Shown piece after piece: positions 32,095 to 44,067 of a DNA stretch of 64,000 nt. The notes under the pieces are model-generated. The model saw nothing but the letters and a program-made list of their open reading frames with translations. It made no database searches and was not told the origin of the DNA. Origin of the DNA: an uncultured Thermoactinomyces sp. (GTDB lineage Bacteria; Bacillota; Bacilli; Thermoactinomycetales; Thermoactinomycetaceae); the NCBI GenBank assembly GCA_965544045.1, contig CBEULT010000007.1, positions 1 through 64,000 of the forward strand. Direction: 5' to 3'. Every line of letters begins with the position of its first letter. The stretch's first letter is position 1. Both the position numbers and the translations under genes were made by a program.

Positions 32095-32832
32095 ATGTTG
32101 TACAAATCGTTGGCCAGTCTGGGAATTGGGGCAGCATCTGTAGACACCCGTATAAATCAGCAGCCCTATCATGCGGGTTCCCCGGTTGAGGGAGTTGTTT
32201 TTATTCGCGGCGGACAAACGGAACAACAGATTGACGACATTTATTTATACCTGGTTAGTCACTATTTGAAAAACAATAAAAAAACTTCCTGTATTCTTCA
32301 AAAATATCAACTGTCCAGGGCTTTTTCCATTCAAGCAAACCAGACAAAAGAAATCCCGTTTCGAATTGATTTGCCTCTTGAAACACCCATGTCAACGGGG
32401 AGTTACCCAATATACTTGAAAACCGGGCTGGACATCAAAATGGCCATTGACCCGAGTGACCAGGATCTGATAGAAGTACTTCCCCATCCGGTCGTCCAAA
32501 AATGTCTCAAGCAAGTTGAGGATTCCTGTTTTATCTTGTACCAAATATATAACCAGTATATCTCTGATTCCAAGCCACATCCTTTCCACCAAGTTTTCCA
32601 ATTTCGCCCGACAGGAAGTTATCATGGATTTATTGATGAACTAAATCTTTTTTTTCGCCTGTCGGAGTTTAAAATTATCATGGATCTGGAAATGGTACGA
32701 GCAAATCAATCATTTTATACAACTTTTTCATGGAATCCTGATAAAGCTAACCATATTTATATTAATGGACGAGAGGTTTTTACAGATCCCACTCAAGAAT
32801 TAAGAGATGTCTTAAACAGAAAACCCGGTTAA
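32095..32832 (+). CDS. spo0M: Sporulation-control protein Spo0M (arrestin-like)
   Basis: N-terminus MLYKSLASLGIGAASVDTRI…YHAGSPVEGVVFIRGG matches the Spo0M family. AAGGAGGGAG RBS. Confidence 0.7.
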   Translation: MLYKSLASLGIGAASVDTRINQQPYHAGSPVEGVVFIRGGQTEQQIDDIYLYLVSHYLKNNKKTSCILQKYQLSRAFSIQANQTKEIPFRIDLPLETPMSTGSYPIYLKTGLDIKMAIDPSDQDLIEVLPHPVVQKCLKQVEDSCFILYQIYNQYISDSKPHPFHQVFQFRPTGSYHGFIDELNLFFRLSEFKIIMDLEMVRANQSFYTTFSWNPDKANHIYINGREVFTDPTQELRDVLNRKPG

Positions 32833-33082
32833 TGATCTGATCAGGGTGATGCACCATTTTCGGTCACATCGCCCTTCCTGTTTTATTCATTCACCGGTTC
32901 AGACACCTTCTTTCCTCTGTGCCATCTTTTTGAACTTTCCATCTGAACCCGCACGTTTTTTCTCTCACCTGTCATAAAATATGATTACGATAAATTCCAC
33001 TATGCTCCCTCAAAAAAAGAGATTTTCCCTTTTTCAGGACTTTGCTATGATGTCATCAGGATCAGTAAAAAGGAGGTTCACC

Positions 33083-33766
33083 ATGTCTCACAAGATCCTT
33101 GTCATTGAAGACGATACCGACATTCAGGAATTGATCCGCGAATTTCTGATGGTTCAACATTATGATGTCGATACCGCCAATGACGGAGACGAAGGTATCC
33201 GCAAATTCATGGAAAATAAACATGATTTATTGATTTTGGATATTATGCTTCCGCAAAAAGACGGTTACCAGGTATTAAAATCAATTCGCCGAATATCTTC
33301 CGTTCCCGTCATAATGTTGACAGCCTTGGGTGAAGAAACCGATCAGATCAAAGGGTTTGAACTGGGCATAGATGACTATATAACCAAGCCATTCTCTTTT
33401 CACATTTTGAATAAACGGGTTGAAGCGGTGCTGCGGAGAACATATCAGACAGAAACAACACGCAGATTGGAATATCATGAAATCATCATGGATCTGGATA
33501 GCTATTCCGTTTTTGTGGATCAACAGAAAAAAAGTTTGACAAACAAAGAGTTTGATATTTTGAAAACACTTATTGAAAACAAGGAAAGGGTTTGTTCCAG
33601 AGATCTGTTATTGAATAAAGTCTGGGGAATTGATTTTTATGGAGATCCTCGTGTAGTGGATACCCATATTAAAAATTTGCGCAAGAAACTGCGAATTCCC
33701 TATATCCACACCGTCAAAGGAGTTGGTTACAAACTTGATACTGAAAAGACAGGGCATCACCCATAA
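33083..33766 (+). CDS. OmpR-family response regulator
   Basis: REC (…ILVIEDDTD…LLILDIMLP…) + winged-helix trans_reg_C. AAAAGGAGG RBS. Confidence 0.85.
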   Translation: MSHKILVIEDDTDIQELIREFLMVQHYDVDTANDGDEGIRKFMENKHDLLILDIMLPQKDGYQVLKSIRRISSVPVIMLTALGEETDQIKGFELGIDDYITKPFSFHILNKRVEAVLRRTYQTETTRRLEYHEIIMDLDSYSVFVDQQKKSLTNKEFDILKTLIENKERVCSRDLLLNKVWGIDFYGDPRVVDTHIKNLRKKLRIPYIHTVKGVGYKLDTEKTGHHP

Positions 33767-35174
33767 AATCTTTTTGATTACCAGTGCTTTGCTGGCGCTG
33801 TCTACAACGATATTATTTGCTTCTTTTTATTTTTTACTGCCTTCATTTTATTATCAATATAAAGTTAATAACATGAATCATGGCATTCAGCAGCTATTAA
33901 ATACTGTCCGGCCATTAACCATTTCACAGGCACAGGATATTCTCTATAAATTTACCCATGATTACAATGTTCATTTGACGATTCGCGATCAGCAAGGAAA
34001 CAGGATAATTATTACCGCTGCTGATTCCCAACTTTACAGAATCCCGTCCATATCGGAAAGCAGATTTTCATCCGGGAAAGATCAGAACACTCCGCACATC
34101 CAGATTGTGGAAAGACCAATTACTTTCCAGGGAGACCAATTTATCGCCACCTTTATCGCTACCATGCAGCCAATCAATGAAGCAAGTAGCGCCATTTTGA
34201 TGTTTATGCCATATATGGCCATATTTATTCTGCTTATTTCCGTGGCGGGTGCTTTCCTTTATGCCAAACTGATTGCCCAGCCGTTACTGAAAATAAACAA
34301 GGTGGCCAAACGGATGGCCAAACTTGATTTCAGCCAGACTTGCCATCCCCATTCCGATGATGAAATCGGGGAATTGTCACAAAGTTTGAATGAACTTTCG
34401 CAAAACCTGGAGAGAACCATGTCTGAACTGAAACAGGCCAACGTTCAGTTAAAAGACGATATTCAGCGTGAACGGGAACAGGAAGCAAAACGCAGGGAAT
34501 TTATGGCCACCATTTCCCACGAACTGAAATCGCCAATTACCGCTGTCATGGGCCAACTGGAAGGCATGATTCACCGGATCGGCGTTTACAAGGACCGGGA
34601 CAAATACTTGCGCAGATCTTATATGGTGATGCAAAACATGCAGCATTTGGTAAAAGAAATCATGGAAATTTCCAAATTGGAAACCTGTACGTTTACCCCC
34701 TCAAAAAAACCGGTTGATTTAACTGCCATCATCGAGTCTGTCCTGAAAAGGCTGGACTTCTTTGGCCAGGACAAGCAATTGCAGTTAAAAACACTTCTGG
34801 AACCCGGGATAAAAGTTTATGCGGATCCGGATCTCATGCAAAAAGCGATCAGCAATATTATTCATAACGCGATGAATTATTCACCTCCTTATGAACTTGT
34901 TGAAATCAAACTGGAGCATTTGAAAAACCATATACAGCTCAGTGTGCTTAATACCGGAACTTCCATTCCCAAATCCGAACTGGACAAGACCTTTGAACCC
35001 TTTTACCGTCTGGAAAAGTCGAGAAACCGCGGTACAGGTGGAAGCGGGCTTGGGCTCTATATCGTAAAAAAAATTCTGGAAGTACATTCATTCCCTTATC
35101 AACTGGTCAATGAAAAAAAAGGTGTCCTGTTTACCATCCAATTCCCCGCCAATGAACAGCCGCCTGATTGTTAA
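33735..35174 (+). CDS. Sensor histidine kinase (2 TM, HAMP, HisKA, HATPase_c); start codon uncertain (TTG)
   Basis: H-box …ATISHELKSPIT…, N/G boxes …IIHNAMNYS…GTGGSGLGLYIVKK…. Confidence 0.8.
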   Translation: MILKRQGITHKIFLITSALLALSTTILFASFYFLLPSFYYQYKVNNMNHGIQQLLNTVRPLTISQAQDILYKFTHDYNVHLTIRDQQGNRIIITAADSQLYRIPSISESRFSSGKDQNTPHIQIVERPITFQGDQFIATFIATMQPINEASSAILMFMPYMAIFILLISVAGAFLYAKLIAQPLLKINKVAKRMAKLDFSQTCHPHSDDEIGELSQSLNELSQNLERTMSELKQANVQLKDDIQREREQEAKRREFMATISHELKSPITAVMGQLEGMIHRIGVYKDRDKYLRRSYMVMQNMQHLVKEIMEISKLETCTFTPSKKPVDLTAIIESVLKRLDFFGQDKQLQLKTLLEPGIKVYADPDLMQKAISNIIHNAMNYSPPYELVEIKLEHLKNHIQLSVLNTGTSIPKSELDKTFEPFYRLEKSRNRGTGGSGLGLYIVKKILEVHSFPYQLVNEKKGVLFTIQFPANEQPPDC

Positions 35175-35277
35175 CACCTCCTTCCGGAAAATGTCCCAAA
35201 TGCAATCCGAAAAAACTAGCCATTAGAAAATAAATTAAAAACATGCTGTTTGAATTTGAAACAATCACTTGTTCACA

Positions 35278-35341
35278 GGCTAAAGCCATGAATAGACAAG
35301 TATATAAAAAACAAGCAAATTCAAGGCTTTAGCCGTTTTTC
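35278..35341 (+). terminator. Hairpin (10-bp stem GGCTAAAGCC/GGCTTTAGCC, 37-nt loop) + T5; probable terminator of the kinase gene
   Basis: Read directly. The loop contains a 14-codon ORF (MNRQVYKKQANSRL). Confidence 0.4.
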
Positions 35342-35352
35342 AAACCCCACAT

Positions 35353-35396
35353 ATCAACATATCCACAATGTTATCCACATTATCCACAATATCTTG
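35353..35396. promoter_or_regulatory. DnaA-box repeat A: 44-bp unit with three head-to-tail DnaA boxes (ATATCCACA, TTATCCACA, TTATCCACA)
   Basis: Boxes at 35359-35367, 35371-35379 and 35380-35388. Confidence 0.6.
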
Positions 35397-35667
35397 TGGT
35401 GAACAAATATATAAAATTATTCACAAACCTTGACCGTTTATTACTTTAAAAATCGGAATAAATCCCCTGAACCCCGCTAAAAAATAAATACCAACTGCTT
35501 TTCATATGACTTTTTTGTGATTTTTTCAGGTTTAATATTTCGAATTAAAGAATGATTCGCTATGATAATAATGACACTAACCTTTTTTGTTATTTCTTAC
35601 TTTTGAAAAGGAAGTAACGAAAGGGTTAGTGCAATGGGATTGAAAGATCGGGAAAGCATTTACGCAG

Positions 35668-35708
35668 AAGGAGTCGCGCCTCTGGTTCAAGCCGACTCCT
35701 TTTTTTTA
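35668..35708 (+). terminator. Orphan intrinsic terminator (GGAGTCG…CGACTCC + T8) between the two DnaA-box repeats
   Basis: Read directly. No convincing protein-coding ORF upstream of it. Confidence 0.5.
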
Positions 35709-35737
35709 TACTTATTTTTCTGATCAACATGAAATTT

Positions 35738-35781
35738 ATCAACATATCCACAATTTTATCCACAATATCCACAATATCTTG
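35738..35781. promoter_or_regulatory. DnaA-box repeat B: 44-bp direct repeat of A (41/44 identical) with three tandem DnaA boxes
   Basis: Boxes at 35744-35752, 35756-35764 and 35765-35773. Confidence 0.6.
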
Positions 35782-35923
35782 ACCAAAGAAACAAGTTTGC
35801 TGTGACGCATAAATCACTTCCAACCCACTGAATATTATGTAACCAAAAATGCCGGCGGAACTGCACACACAGTTTATGGAATCGTTCCCAGTTCGGTCCG
35901 GGATTATAAAACTATCCAATATC

Positions 35924-36337
35924 TCAGCACAAAAAACACCTGGAAAATTCCAGTCCTGCCTTCCTCAATTCTTTCGTAAAGAATTTTTTATGAGTTTCCC
36001 TCCAATATTGATAAGTTCTGTCCCCTTCTCCTTCTGCAAAAGCAAACTCCTCTGTAACCTCATTCATCGGCATTATTTTGACATTTTCTGTTTTAATAAT
36101 CGCCACTGGTTCGTCTCTGCTGTTTAAAATAATGCTGTAATCTCCAACAGAGGGTAATGGCTCATTTTCAATTTCATAAAAAACCAATCCGGAACAAGTA
36201 GCTGTTTTAATACCGTCTATTACCAACTGGGCCAAATAGTCCGGATTATCCCCGAATTTCCATGAACTTACTGATTTTGGCTTCTCTTGATTTTGGCGCT
36301 TCCAAAATTCATCCCAATATATTTGCGATGCTTTATT
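35924..36337 (-). CDS. ASCH-domain protein
   Basis: …DGIKTATCS… ASCH core. GTG start with AAGGAGGAG RBS. Confidence 0.55.
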   Translation of the reverse strand, partial: NKASQIYWDEFWKRQNQEKPKSVSSWKFGDNPDYLAQLVIDGIKTATCSGLVFYEIENEPLPSVGDYSIILNSRDEPVAIIKTENVKIMPMNEVTEEFAFAEGEGDRTYQYWRETHKKFFTKELRKAGLEFSRCFLC

Positions 36338-36688
36338 CACTGTTCTCCTCCTTAAATAAAAAATCAGAGTATTCAACTCCATTCCAGAAATAAATCATAA
36401 CGCTCATTTTAAATTTTATAAATGGGACTTTTCCTTGAAATTTTGTTTATTATCCATAATTATATAATTATAATGATTATAAATATTATGGTATATCGGT
36501 TATTCAAAAAAAACCCATTTCTTTGTACCAATGATGCAAAACAAAACCTTCTTCAGAAAGCTTCCAAAGCGAAGGTTTTGCAAAAAGTGTGACATCCATC
36601 ACATTTAAGGGTCGGGGGATGGGTTACGATGATAAAGATCCATTCAGAGTGGGGAAAATGGAGATTATTGGAGATTGGAGATGTTACG

Positions 36689-37426
36689 ATGAAACCGATC
36701 CTTCCACGGGAACATGGCGGATGGGCGATGGTGTCCATTCCCTTTTTCCTCGGCATGGCCGTGGGAGGTCCTGCTTGGCTGCATCTTCCGCTGTTTATCG
36801 GCTGGATGTTGTTCTATCTGGCAGCCTATCCCTTCCGGCTGGCATTAATGAATCGGAACAACCGCCAAAGCTGTCTGCGTTGGTCACTGGTCTACTTTGG
36901 GCTGGGGATAGTCTTGATGCTTCCGCCGCTCTTTGCCCGTCCATCGCTCCTGTGGGCCGGGCCTGTACTGGCTGGACTGCTGGCTGTCAACAGCTGGTAT
37001 GCTTACCGGCGCGACGAGCGCTCCTTTGTCAACGATATTGTCGCCATTCTCACCTTTTCGATTGGCGGTTTGGCCTCCTATTTCGTCGGGGCCGGGAGAT
37101 TGGATGATGTTGCCTTGTGGGTCGCGGCCTCATGCATTCTGTACTTCACGGGAAGTGTCTTTTTCGTTAAATCCGTGTTCCGGGAACGCAAAAATGCCAC
37201 CTGGCAGAAGGCCTCCAAAGGGTACCACACCCTGCTTGTGGTTACGCTTGCCCTCATGGAGCCACTCCTGGTATTACCCTACGCTTTTTCGACAGTGAGA
37301 ACCTTTGTGTGGGGAGGCAAACCGGTGCCTCCGATGAAGGTGGGAATCATCGAAATTATTGGTTCAGTGCTTTTTCTCGTTCTGTCAATCCTCATTTTTT
37401 CCGTTACGGATCTGCCCATGATCTAA
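36689..37426 (+). CDS. YwiC-like integral membrane protein (GC-rich gene)
   Basis: About 8 TM. GC content is markedly higher than that of the surrounding sequence. Confidence 0.55.
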   Translation: MKPILPREHGGWAMVSIPFFLGMAVGGPAWLHLPLFIGWMLFYLAAYPFRLALMNRNNRQSCLRWSLVYFGLGIVLMLPPLFARPSLLWAGPVLAGLLAVNSWYAYRRDERSFVNDIVAILTFSIGGLASYFVGAGRLDDVALWVAASCILYFTGSVFFVKSVFRERKNATWQKASKGYHTLLVVTLALMEPLLVLPYAFSTVRTFVWGGKPVPPMKVGIIEIIGSVLFLVLSILIFSVTDLPMI

Positions 37427-37595
37427 GGCGCATGGGTGTGGTGTAGTAACCGAAGATCCTCCGGATTTGTGACGGTGCTTTGCATTACGAGCGTTCCAGC
37501 CGGTTGCAAGAAAACGGCTGTTATAATTCTTATGGTTTCTAAAACTGAATTGTTGCAATAAAAAAGGGCCCGCAATAAACGGAGCCCTTTTGTCG

Positions 37596-37687
<92 letters not shown>

Positions 37688-37788
37688 ACAATCTTAATAT
37701 GCAAGCTACAAAACTACATTATACAGATTTTTTGGCCAATGTCAACCTGTTAAATAAAAGAAACCCCTGCAAAGAGCAGGGATTCTTC

Positions 37789-39066
37789 TTATTTGATCGT
37801 TTCGATTCCCCCCATATAGGGTTGCAATGCTTTGGGAATCCGAACAGTTCCATCGGCTTGCTGGTGGTTTTCCAGAATGGCTGCGACCGTGCGCCCGACG
37901 GCAAGGCCCGATCCATTGAGCGTATGCACAAATTCCGGTTTGCTGTTTGCATTTGGACGGAAGCGAATTTGCGCACGGCGTGCCTGGAAATCTTCGCAAT
38001 TGCTGCAGGAGGAAATCTCCCGGTAAGTCTGGTTGCTGGGTATCCATACTTCCAGATCATACGTTTTGGCTGCGGAAAAGCCAAGGTCGCCTGTGCAAAG
38101 ATTAACTACCTGGTAAGGTAGTTCCAGCAACTGCAATACAGTCTCGGCATTGACCACCATTTTCTCCAATTCTTCGTATGAAGTGTCCGGATGAACGATT
38201 TTCAACATTTCTACCTTGTTAAACTGATGCAGACGAATGAGCCCGCGTGTATCCCTTCCGGCCGATCCGGCTTCCGAGCGGAAACAGCTGCTGAAAGCTG
38301 TGTAGTATTTGGGCAGATCGTCATTGGACAATATTTCATCTGCATGATAATTGGTCACAGGCACCTCCGAGGTAGGAATCAGGAAATAATCAGGATTATC
38401 TGCCAATTTGAAGGCATCTTCCTCAAATTTTGGCAATTGGCCTGTCCCTGTCATTGATTGCCGATTGACAATAAAAGGAGGAATCATTTCCATATATCCG
38501 TGTTCATTTGTATGCAGATCGAGCATAAAGCTGATTAAGGCCCGTTCAAGGCGGGCTCCCAGGCCTTTATAAAAAACGAAGCGCGATCCCGTCACTTTTG
38601 CCGCTCGGTCGAAATCGAGCAGATCCAGTTCCTCGGCAAGCTCCCAATGGGGTTTGATGGCAAAAGAAGGCCGCGGAATTTCTCCCCATTTTCTGACCAC
38701 CTTGTTTTCCTCTTCGGAAGATCCAATGGGTACGCTTTCATGAGGGATATTGGGAAAAGTAAGCAAAATTTGTTTCATCTCTTCATCACACTGGCGCAAT
38801 TCTTCATCCAGCCGTTTGATTTCCTCCCCCACTCTACGCATTTCCAGAATCTTGTCTTCTGCATCCTGCTTGTTCTTTTTCATTTGCGCGATTTCCTTGG
38901 ATACCACATTGCGCCTGTTTTTCAGCTGTTCGCTCTTCTGAATCAATGTGCGCCGGCGCTGGTCCAGGTCGTCAAAAGTATTGATTCCCTCAAGTTCCCC
39001 ATGACGTGCCGACAATCTCTGCCTGACTTCATCCATTTGCGTTCGTAGTTTTTTGATATCTAACAA
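37789..39066 (-). CDS. serS: Seryl-tRNA synthetase
   Basis: 425 aa, class-II aaRS motifs. TTG start with GGAGGTG RBS. The longer six-frame ORF upstream is the untranslated leader. Confidence 0.9.
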   Translation of the reverse strand: MLDIKKLRTQMDEVRQRLSARHGELEGINTFDDLDQRRRTLIQKSEQLKNRRNVVSKEIAQMKKNKQDAEDKILEMRRVGEEIKRLDEELRQCDEEMKQILLTFPNIPHESVPIGSSEEENKVVRKWGEIPRPSFAIKPHWELAEELDLLDFDRAAKVTGSRFVFYKGLGARLERALISFMLDLHTNEHGYMEMIPPFIVNRQSMTGTGQLPKFEEDAFKLADNPDYFLIPTSEVPVTNYHADEILSNDDLPKYYTAFSSCFRSEAGSAGRDTRGLIRLHQFNKVEMLKIVHPDTSYEELEKMVVNAETVLQLLELPYQVVNLCTGDLGFSAAKTYDLEVWIPSNQTYREISSCSNCEDFQARRAQIRFRPNANSKPEFVHTLNGSGLAVGRTVAAILENHQQADGTVRIPKALQPYMGGIETIK

Positions 39067-39074
39067 TTGAGCAC

Positions 39075-39345
39075 ACCTCCTGAAAAAAATAAAAACCTTC
39101 CCCCCAAAAAAGGGACGGAAGGTTCCGCGTTGCCACCCTTGTTGACCCCTGGTTTTCGTCCACAGGTCCACTCTTACGAGATAACGGCTCGTTTGCCGAA
39201 AGGACACTTCAAGCGGCTTTTCCGCCTTCGTGTTTCGCTCCAAGGTGGATTCACCGGCAATTTTGGGCGATTCACACCAGCCATCGCCTCTCTGCAACAA
39301 AATTGCCAGTTACTTGCCTCTTCTTCGCGTTTGCCATTTCAAAGT
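39075..39345 (-). promoter_or_regulatory. T-box riboswitch leader of serS (T-box sequence AGGGTGGCAACGCG, terminator/antiterminator, promoter TTACAA-17-TATAAT at ~39345-39385)
   Basis: Minus-strand read: …caacaagggtggcaacgcggaaccttccgtcccttttttggggggaaggttttta…. Confidence 0.7.
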
Positions 39346-39416
39346 TTGCTTTTTATTATATCCGATTGTTCGTCATTTGTAACCATCCAATGGAATTGTC
39401 AAAAAATAAATCGGAT

Positions 39417-40019
39417 TTATCCCGCATTGACTGCAAGAGACTGGCGGACCATTTCCACAAAATAGGCATGGAAGCGAATATCGTCAGTCAACTCCGGATG
39501 GAAGGCAACTCCTAATAAGGTGCCTTGCTGAACAGCCACGATCTTCCCGCCTGCTTCTGCAAGAATGTCTACTCCCACGTCTGTTTTTTCAATATAAGGA
39601 GCACGGATAAATACTGCCTGGAAATCGTCAGCTACATTTTTCACCGGCAGCTCCATTTCAAAACTTTCCCGCTGTCGGCCAAAAGCATTTCTTTTTACAG
39701 AAATATCCATCAGGCCCAAATGGCTGCCCACTTGCCCTTCAATTTGTTTGGCGATCATGATCAACCCTGCGCAGGTTCCAAAGATGGGTTTCCCTGCGCG
39801 ATGCATGTCAAGGATTGGTTCAGTTAATTGATACTCCCGTATCAGTTTGCTGATTGTCGTTGATTCTCCGCCCGGGATCACCAATCCATCGAGATCCGAG
39901 AGGTCTTCCGCACGTTTTACGGCCGCTGCCATCGCCCCAGCTGCTTCCAGTTGGCGAACATGCTCGCGAACCGCTCCTTGTAAAGCCAGTACACCAATCT
40001 TCACGACCTTCGCTTCCAT
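39417..40019 (-). CDS. pdxT: Pyridoxal 5'-phosphate synthase glutaminase subunit
   Basis: …KIGVLALQGAVREH…GTCAG… class-I GATase. Confidence 0.85.
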   Translation of the reverse strand: MEAKVVKIGVLALQGAVREHVRQLEAAGAMAAAVKRAEDLSDLDGLVIPGGESTTISKLIREYQLTEPILDMHRAGKPIFGTCAGLIMIAKQIEGQVGSHLGLMDISVKRNAFGRQRESFEMELPVKNVADDFQAVFIRAPYIEKTDVGVDILAEAGGKIVAVQQGTLLGVAFHPELTDDIRFHAYFVEMVRQSLAVNAG

Positions 40020-40021
40020 TC

Positions 40022-40915
40022 CTACCAGCCGCGTTCTTGCATCCGGTCTTCAGCACGGAGCTTGGAGATTTCAAGCCCGGGCATCGCCGTACCCAGATCT
40101 TTCGATACTTCGGCAATCAGGGCAAAATCTTCATAGTGTGTTGTAGCTTGTACAATAGCACGTGCAAATTTTTCCGGATTATCTGATTTAAAGATCCCGG
40201 AACCAACAAATACTCCATCTGAACCCAAATGCATCATCAATGCAGCATCGGCCGGAGTCGCCACACCGCCTGCTGCAAAGTTGACTACGGGCAATTTGCC
40301 TGTTTCATGAACTTGAAGCAACAACTCATACGGAGCACCCAGGTTTTTGGCTTCAGCCATCAATTCATCACGGGACATGCCTCTTACATGATTTATTTGT
40401 GATTGCATTTTCCGCATATGGCGAACTGCTTCGACAATATTTCCTGTGCCAGGTTCCCCTTTGGTGCGAATCATGGACGCACCTTCACCAATACGGCGCA
40501 AGGCTTCCCCCAAATTCCGTGCTCCACAGACAAACGGAACGGTAAAGCCGGATTTGTCAATATGGAACAATTCGTCCGCCGGGGTTAAAACCTCGCTTTC
40601 GTCAATATAATCAACCCCCATTGATTCCAACAAACGCGCTTCCACAAAGTGACCGATCCGCGCCTTGGCCATTACCGGAATGGATACGGCATTCATCACT
40701 TCTTCAACAACGCGCGGATCTGCCATACGGGCAACGCCACCTGCAGCACGGATATCAGACGGAACCCGTTCCAGGGCCATAACGGCCACTGCACCGGCCT
40801 GTTCCGCAATTTTCGCCTGCTCAGCATTCACCACGTCCATGATGACGCCGCCTTTTTGCATTTCGGCCATCCCGCGTTTTACGCGATCTGTTCCTGTTTT
40901 ACGTGTTTCGTTCAT
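40022..40915 (-). CDS. pdxS: Pyridoxal 5'-phosphate synthase lyase subunit
   Basis: Near-identical over its length to Bacillus PdxS/YaaD (…[18 protein letters not shown]…). Confidence 0.9.
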   Translation of the reverse strand: MNETRKTGTDRVKRGMAEMQKGGVIMDVVNAEQAKIAEQAGAVAVMALERVPSDIRAAGGVARMADPRVVEEVMNAVSIPVMAKARIGHFVEARLLESMGVDYIDESEVLTPADELFHIDKSGFTVPFVCGARNLGEALRRIGEGASMIRTKGEPGTGNIVEAVRHMRKMQSQINHVRGMSRDELMAEAKNLGAPYELLLQVHETGKLPVVNFAAGGVATPADAALMMHLGSDGVFVGSGIFKSDNPEKFARAIVQATTHYEDFALIAEVSKDLGTAMPGLEISKLRAEDRMQERGW

Positions 40916-41046
40916 CCTGTATCCCCCTCAATGATCTTGGATGTTATTTAATGATTATGAAGATGGAAGGTCTTTAAAGTTGGAGAGTGTCAATTCCGTG
41001 AATTCCTCTCTCCATTATTATAGTTAACTGCTTCCAAAAAATAAAT

Positions 41047-42291
41047 CTAATCAAACCAACTGGCTATTTCATCACCGACCGAACGGAAAAAGAGTCTGAT
41101 CGAACTTCCTTCTTCAATCGCTCGCGTTGTTACCACTTCCACCGGTTGGAATCCTTCCACTTTCACTCCATCATAAAACAGGAATGCTTTCCCGACAACT
41201 GTTCCTTTTTTTAGAGGGGCACGCACATTGGAATCAAATTCTGCTTTGACCGTATAATGGTTCTGTTTTTCGGGCTGGATGAGGACAGTTACCGTTTTCT
41301 TTACAGCAACCGGGACGCTCCGCTCTACACCATTTTGAAGCGGCATATTTTCTTGTCCCTGGATCTTTCCATCTTTTGCCGTAAACGAAACCGGTACAAA
41401 TTCCCCGTATCCGTAATCGAGCAGTTTTTTCGTTTCTGAAAACCGCCTGGTGTCATTTTTTGTCCCCATCACAACGGAAACCAGGCGAATTCCCTGCCTT
41501 TTGGCAGTACCGGTAAAACAATATCCGGCCAAATTGGTATGCCCTGTTTTCATTCCATCTACGCCCGAATATTCATGGTTAAAGCCAGGCAACATCCGGT
41601 TCCAGTTTTGTACAGGTTGTTCCCGCGGAGTTCCCTGGTAAAAGGTATATTCAGGAATGGATGTGATCTTGAGCACTTCCGGATAGGCCCTGATCAGACT
41701 GGATGCCAGGATGGCAGTATCATGCGCTGACATCACATGTTTGCCAGGTACTTCAGGGGGGTCGGAATACAAATGGAGATCCAGTCCTGTCGCCGTACGG
41801 TAATGGGTATTTTTCATTCCCAATATCTTTGCCTTTTCATTCATCATCTGCACAAATTTTTCTTCCGTTCCGGCAATGTGTTCAGCCAATGCCACCGTGG
41901 CGTCATTTGCTGAGTAAACGAGCATGGCCATAAATAACTGCCGAACAGTTATTTCTTCTCCAGCAACCAGATAAACTTGTGCTTCGTCCACATTCTGAAC
42001 CCGTTGGCTGATCACGACGGAGTCATTCCATCTTAACTTTCCGTTATGTATGTAATCCAAAACAATAAAAGCAGACATCATTTTTGTCATACTGGCAGGG
42101 GGCAAAGGCTGATCTGCATTTTTCCTTGCCAATACCACTCCTGACTGATAATCCATCAGGAAATAGGAACGTGCCTCCACGTCCACAGGCCCGTTTTCTG
42201 TCGCCGATGCGGGTGAAGGCATAATGAGCGAAACAGACAGATACACACACAAGACTGACAGAAGCATTTTTCGAAAGCTGAAACAGTTCAT
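41047..42291 (-). CDS. dacA: D-alanyl-D-alanine carboxypeptidase (PBP5-type)
   Basis: Signal peptide, SMTK (SxxK), SAN and KTG motifs, C-terminal amphipathic tail. Confidence 0.85.
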   Translation of the reverse strand: MNCFSFRKMLLSVLCVYLSVSLIMPSPASATENGPVDVEARSYFLMDYQSGVVLARKNADQPLPPASMTKMMSAFIVLDYIHNGKLRWNDSVVISQRVQNVDEAQVYLVAGEEITVRQLFMAMLVYSANDATVALAEHIAGTEEKFVQMMNEKAKILGMKNTHYRTATGLDLHLYSDPPEVPGKHVMSAHDTAILASSLIRAYPEVLKITSIPEYTFYQGTPREQPVQNWNRMLPGFNHEYSGVDGMKTGHTNLAGYCFTGTAKRQGIRLVSVVMGTKNDTRRFSETKKLLDYGYGEFVPVSFTAKDGKIQGQENMPLQNGVERSVPVAVKKTVTVLIQPEKQNHYTVKAEFDSNVRAPLKKGTVVGKAFLFYDGVKVEGFQPVEVVTTRAIEEGSSIRLFFRSVGDEIASWFD

Positions 42292-42454
42292 CTATCTTCA
42301 TCCCTTATTAAAAAATCCCCCAATATATAAACATTCGAAATGAAAGGAAAAGATGAGAACCATTTTACATAAATAAATAGAAAAAAGAAATGAACAAGTG
42401 AAGAAATTTCTTCCTTGTTCATTTAAAAAACAAAGATCTGTGTTTTTATGCTCA

Positions 42455-43963
<1,509 letters not shown>

Positions 43964-43994
43964 TCACTGTCAAGATTTGATTTGCATCAATCCT

Positions 43995-44060
43995 TTGTCC
44001 ACAGCAATACGCAAGTTATCCACAAAACACTGTGAATAACTCTGTAAAACTTGTGGATAA
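43995..44060. promoter_or_regulatory. Cluster of four DnaA boxes upstream of guaB
   Basis: TTGTCCACA (43995-44003), TTATCCACA (44016-44024), TGTGAATAA (44031-44039), TGTGGATAA (44052-44060). Confidence 0.5.
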
Positions 44061-44067
44061 CTGCAAA

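Noticed and set aside
35634-35723. 29-codon ORF (MGLKDRESIYAEGVAPLVQADSFFLYLFF) between the DnaA-box repeats
   Set aside because: It reads straight through the terminator hairpin and has a hydrophobic junk tail. The segment is more likely non-coding RNA. It is kept only as a hypothesis inside the DnaA-box repeat finding.
36589-37298. Plus-strand ORFs 36589..37107 and 36933..37298 overlapping the YwiC-like gene
   Set aside because: Alternative-frame artefacts of a GC-rich gene (stop-codon-poor). Their translations are Arg/Pro/Ala-rich with no domain features.
37699-38457. Several 60-140-aa ORFs on both strands inside serS
   Set aside because: Fully contained in or antisense to a well-supported conserved gene.
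39067-39300. Upstream extension of the serS ORF (503-aa call)
   Set aside because: The extension is the untranslated T-box leader. The TTG start at 39066 has a GGAGGTG RBS, and the resulting N-terminus matches SerS.
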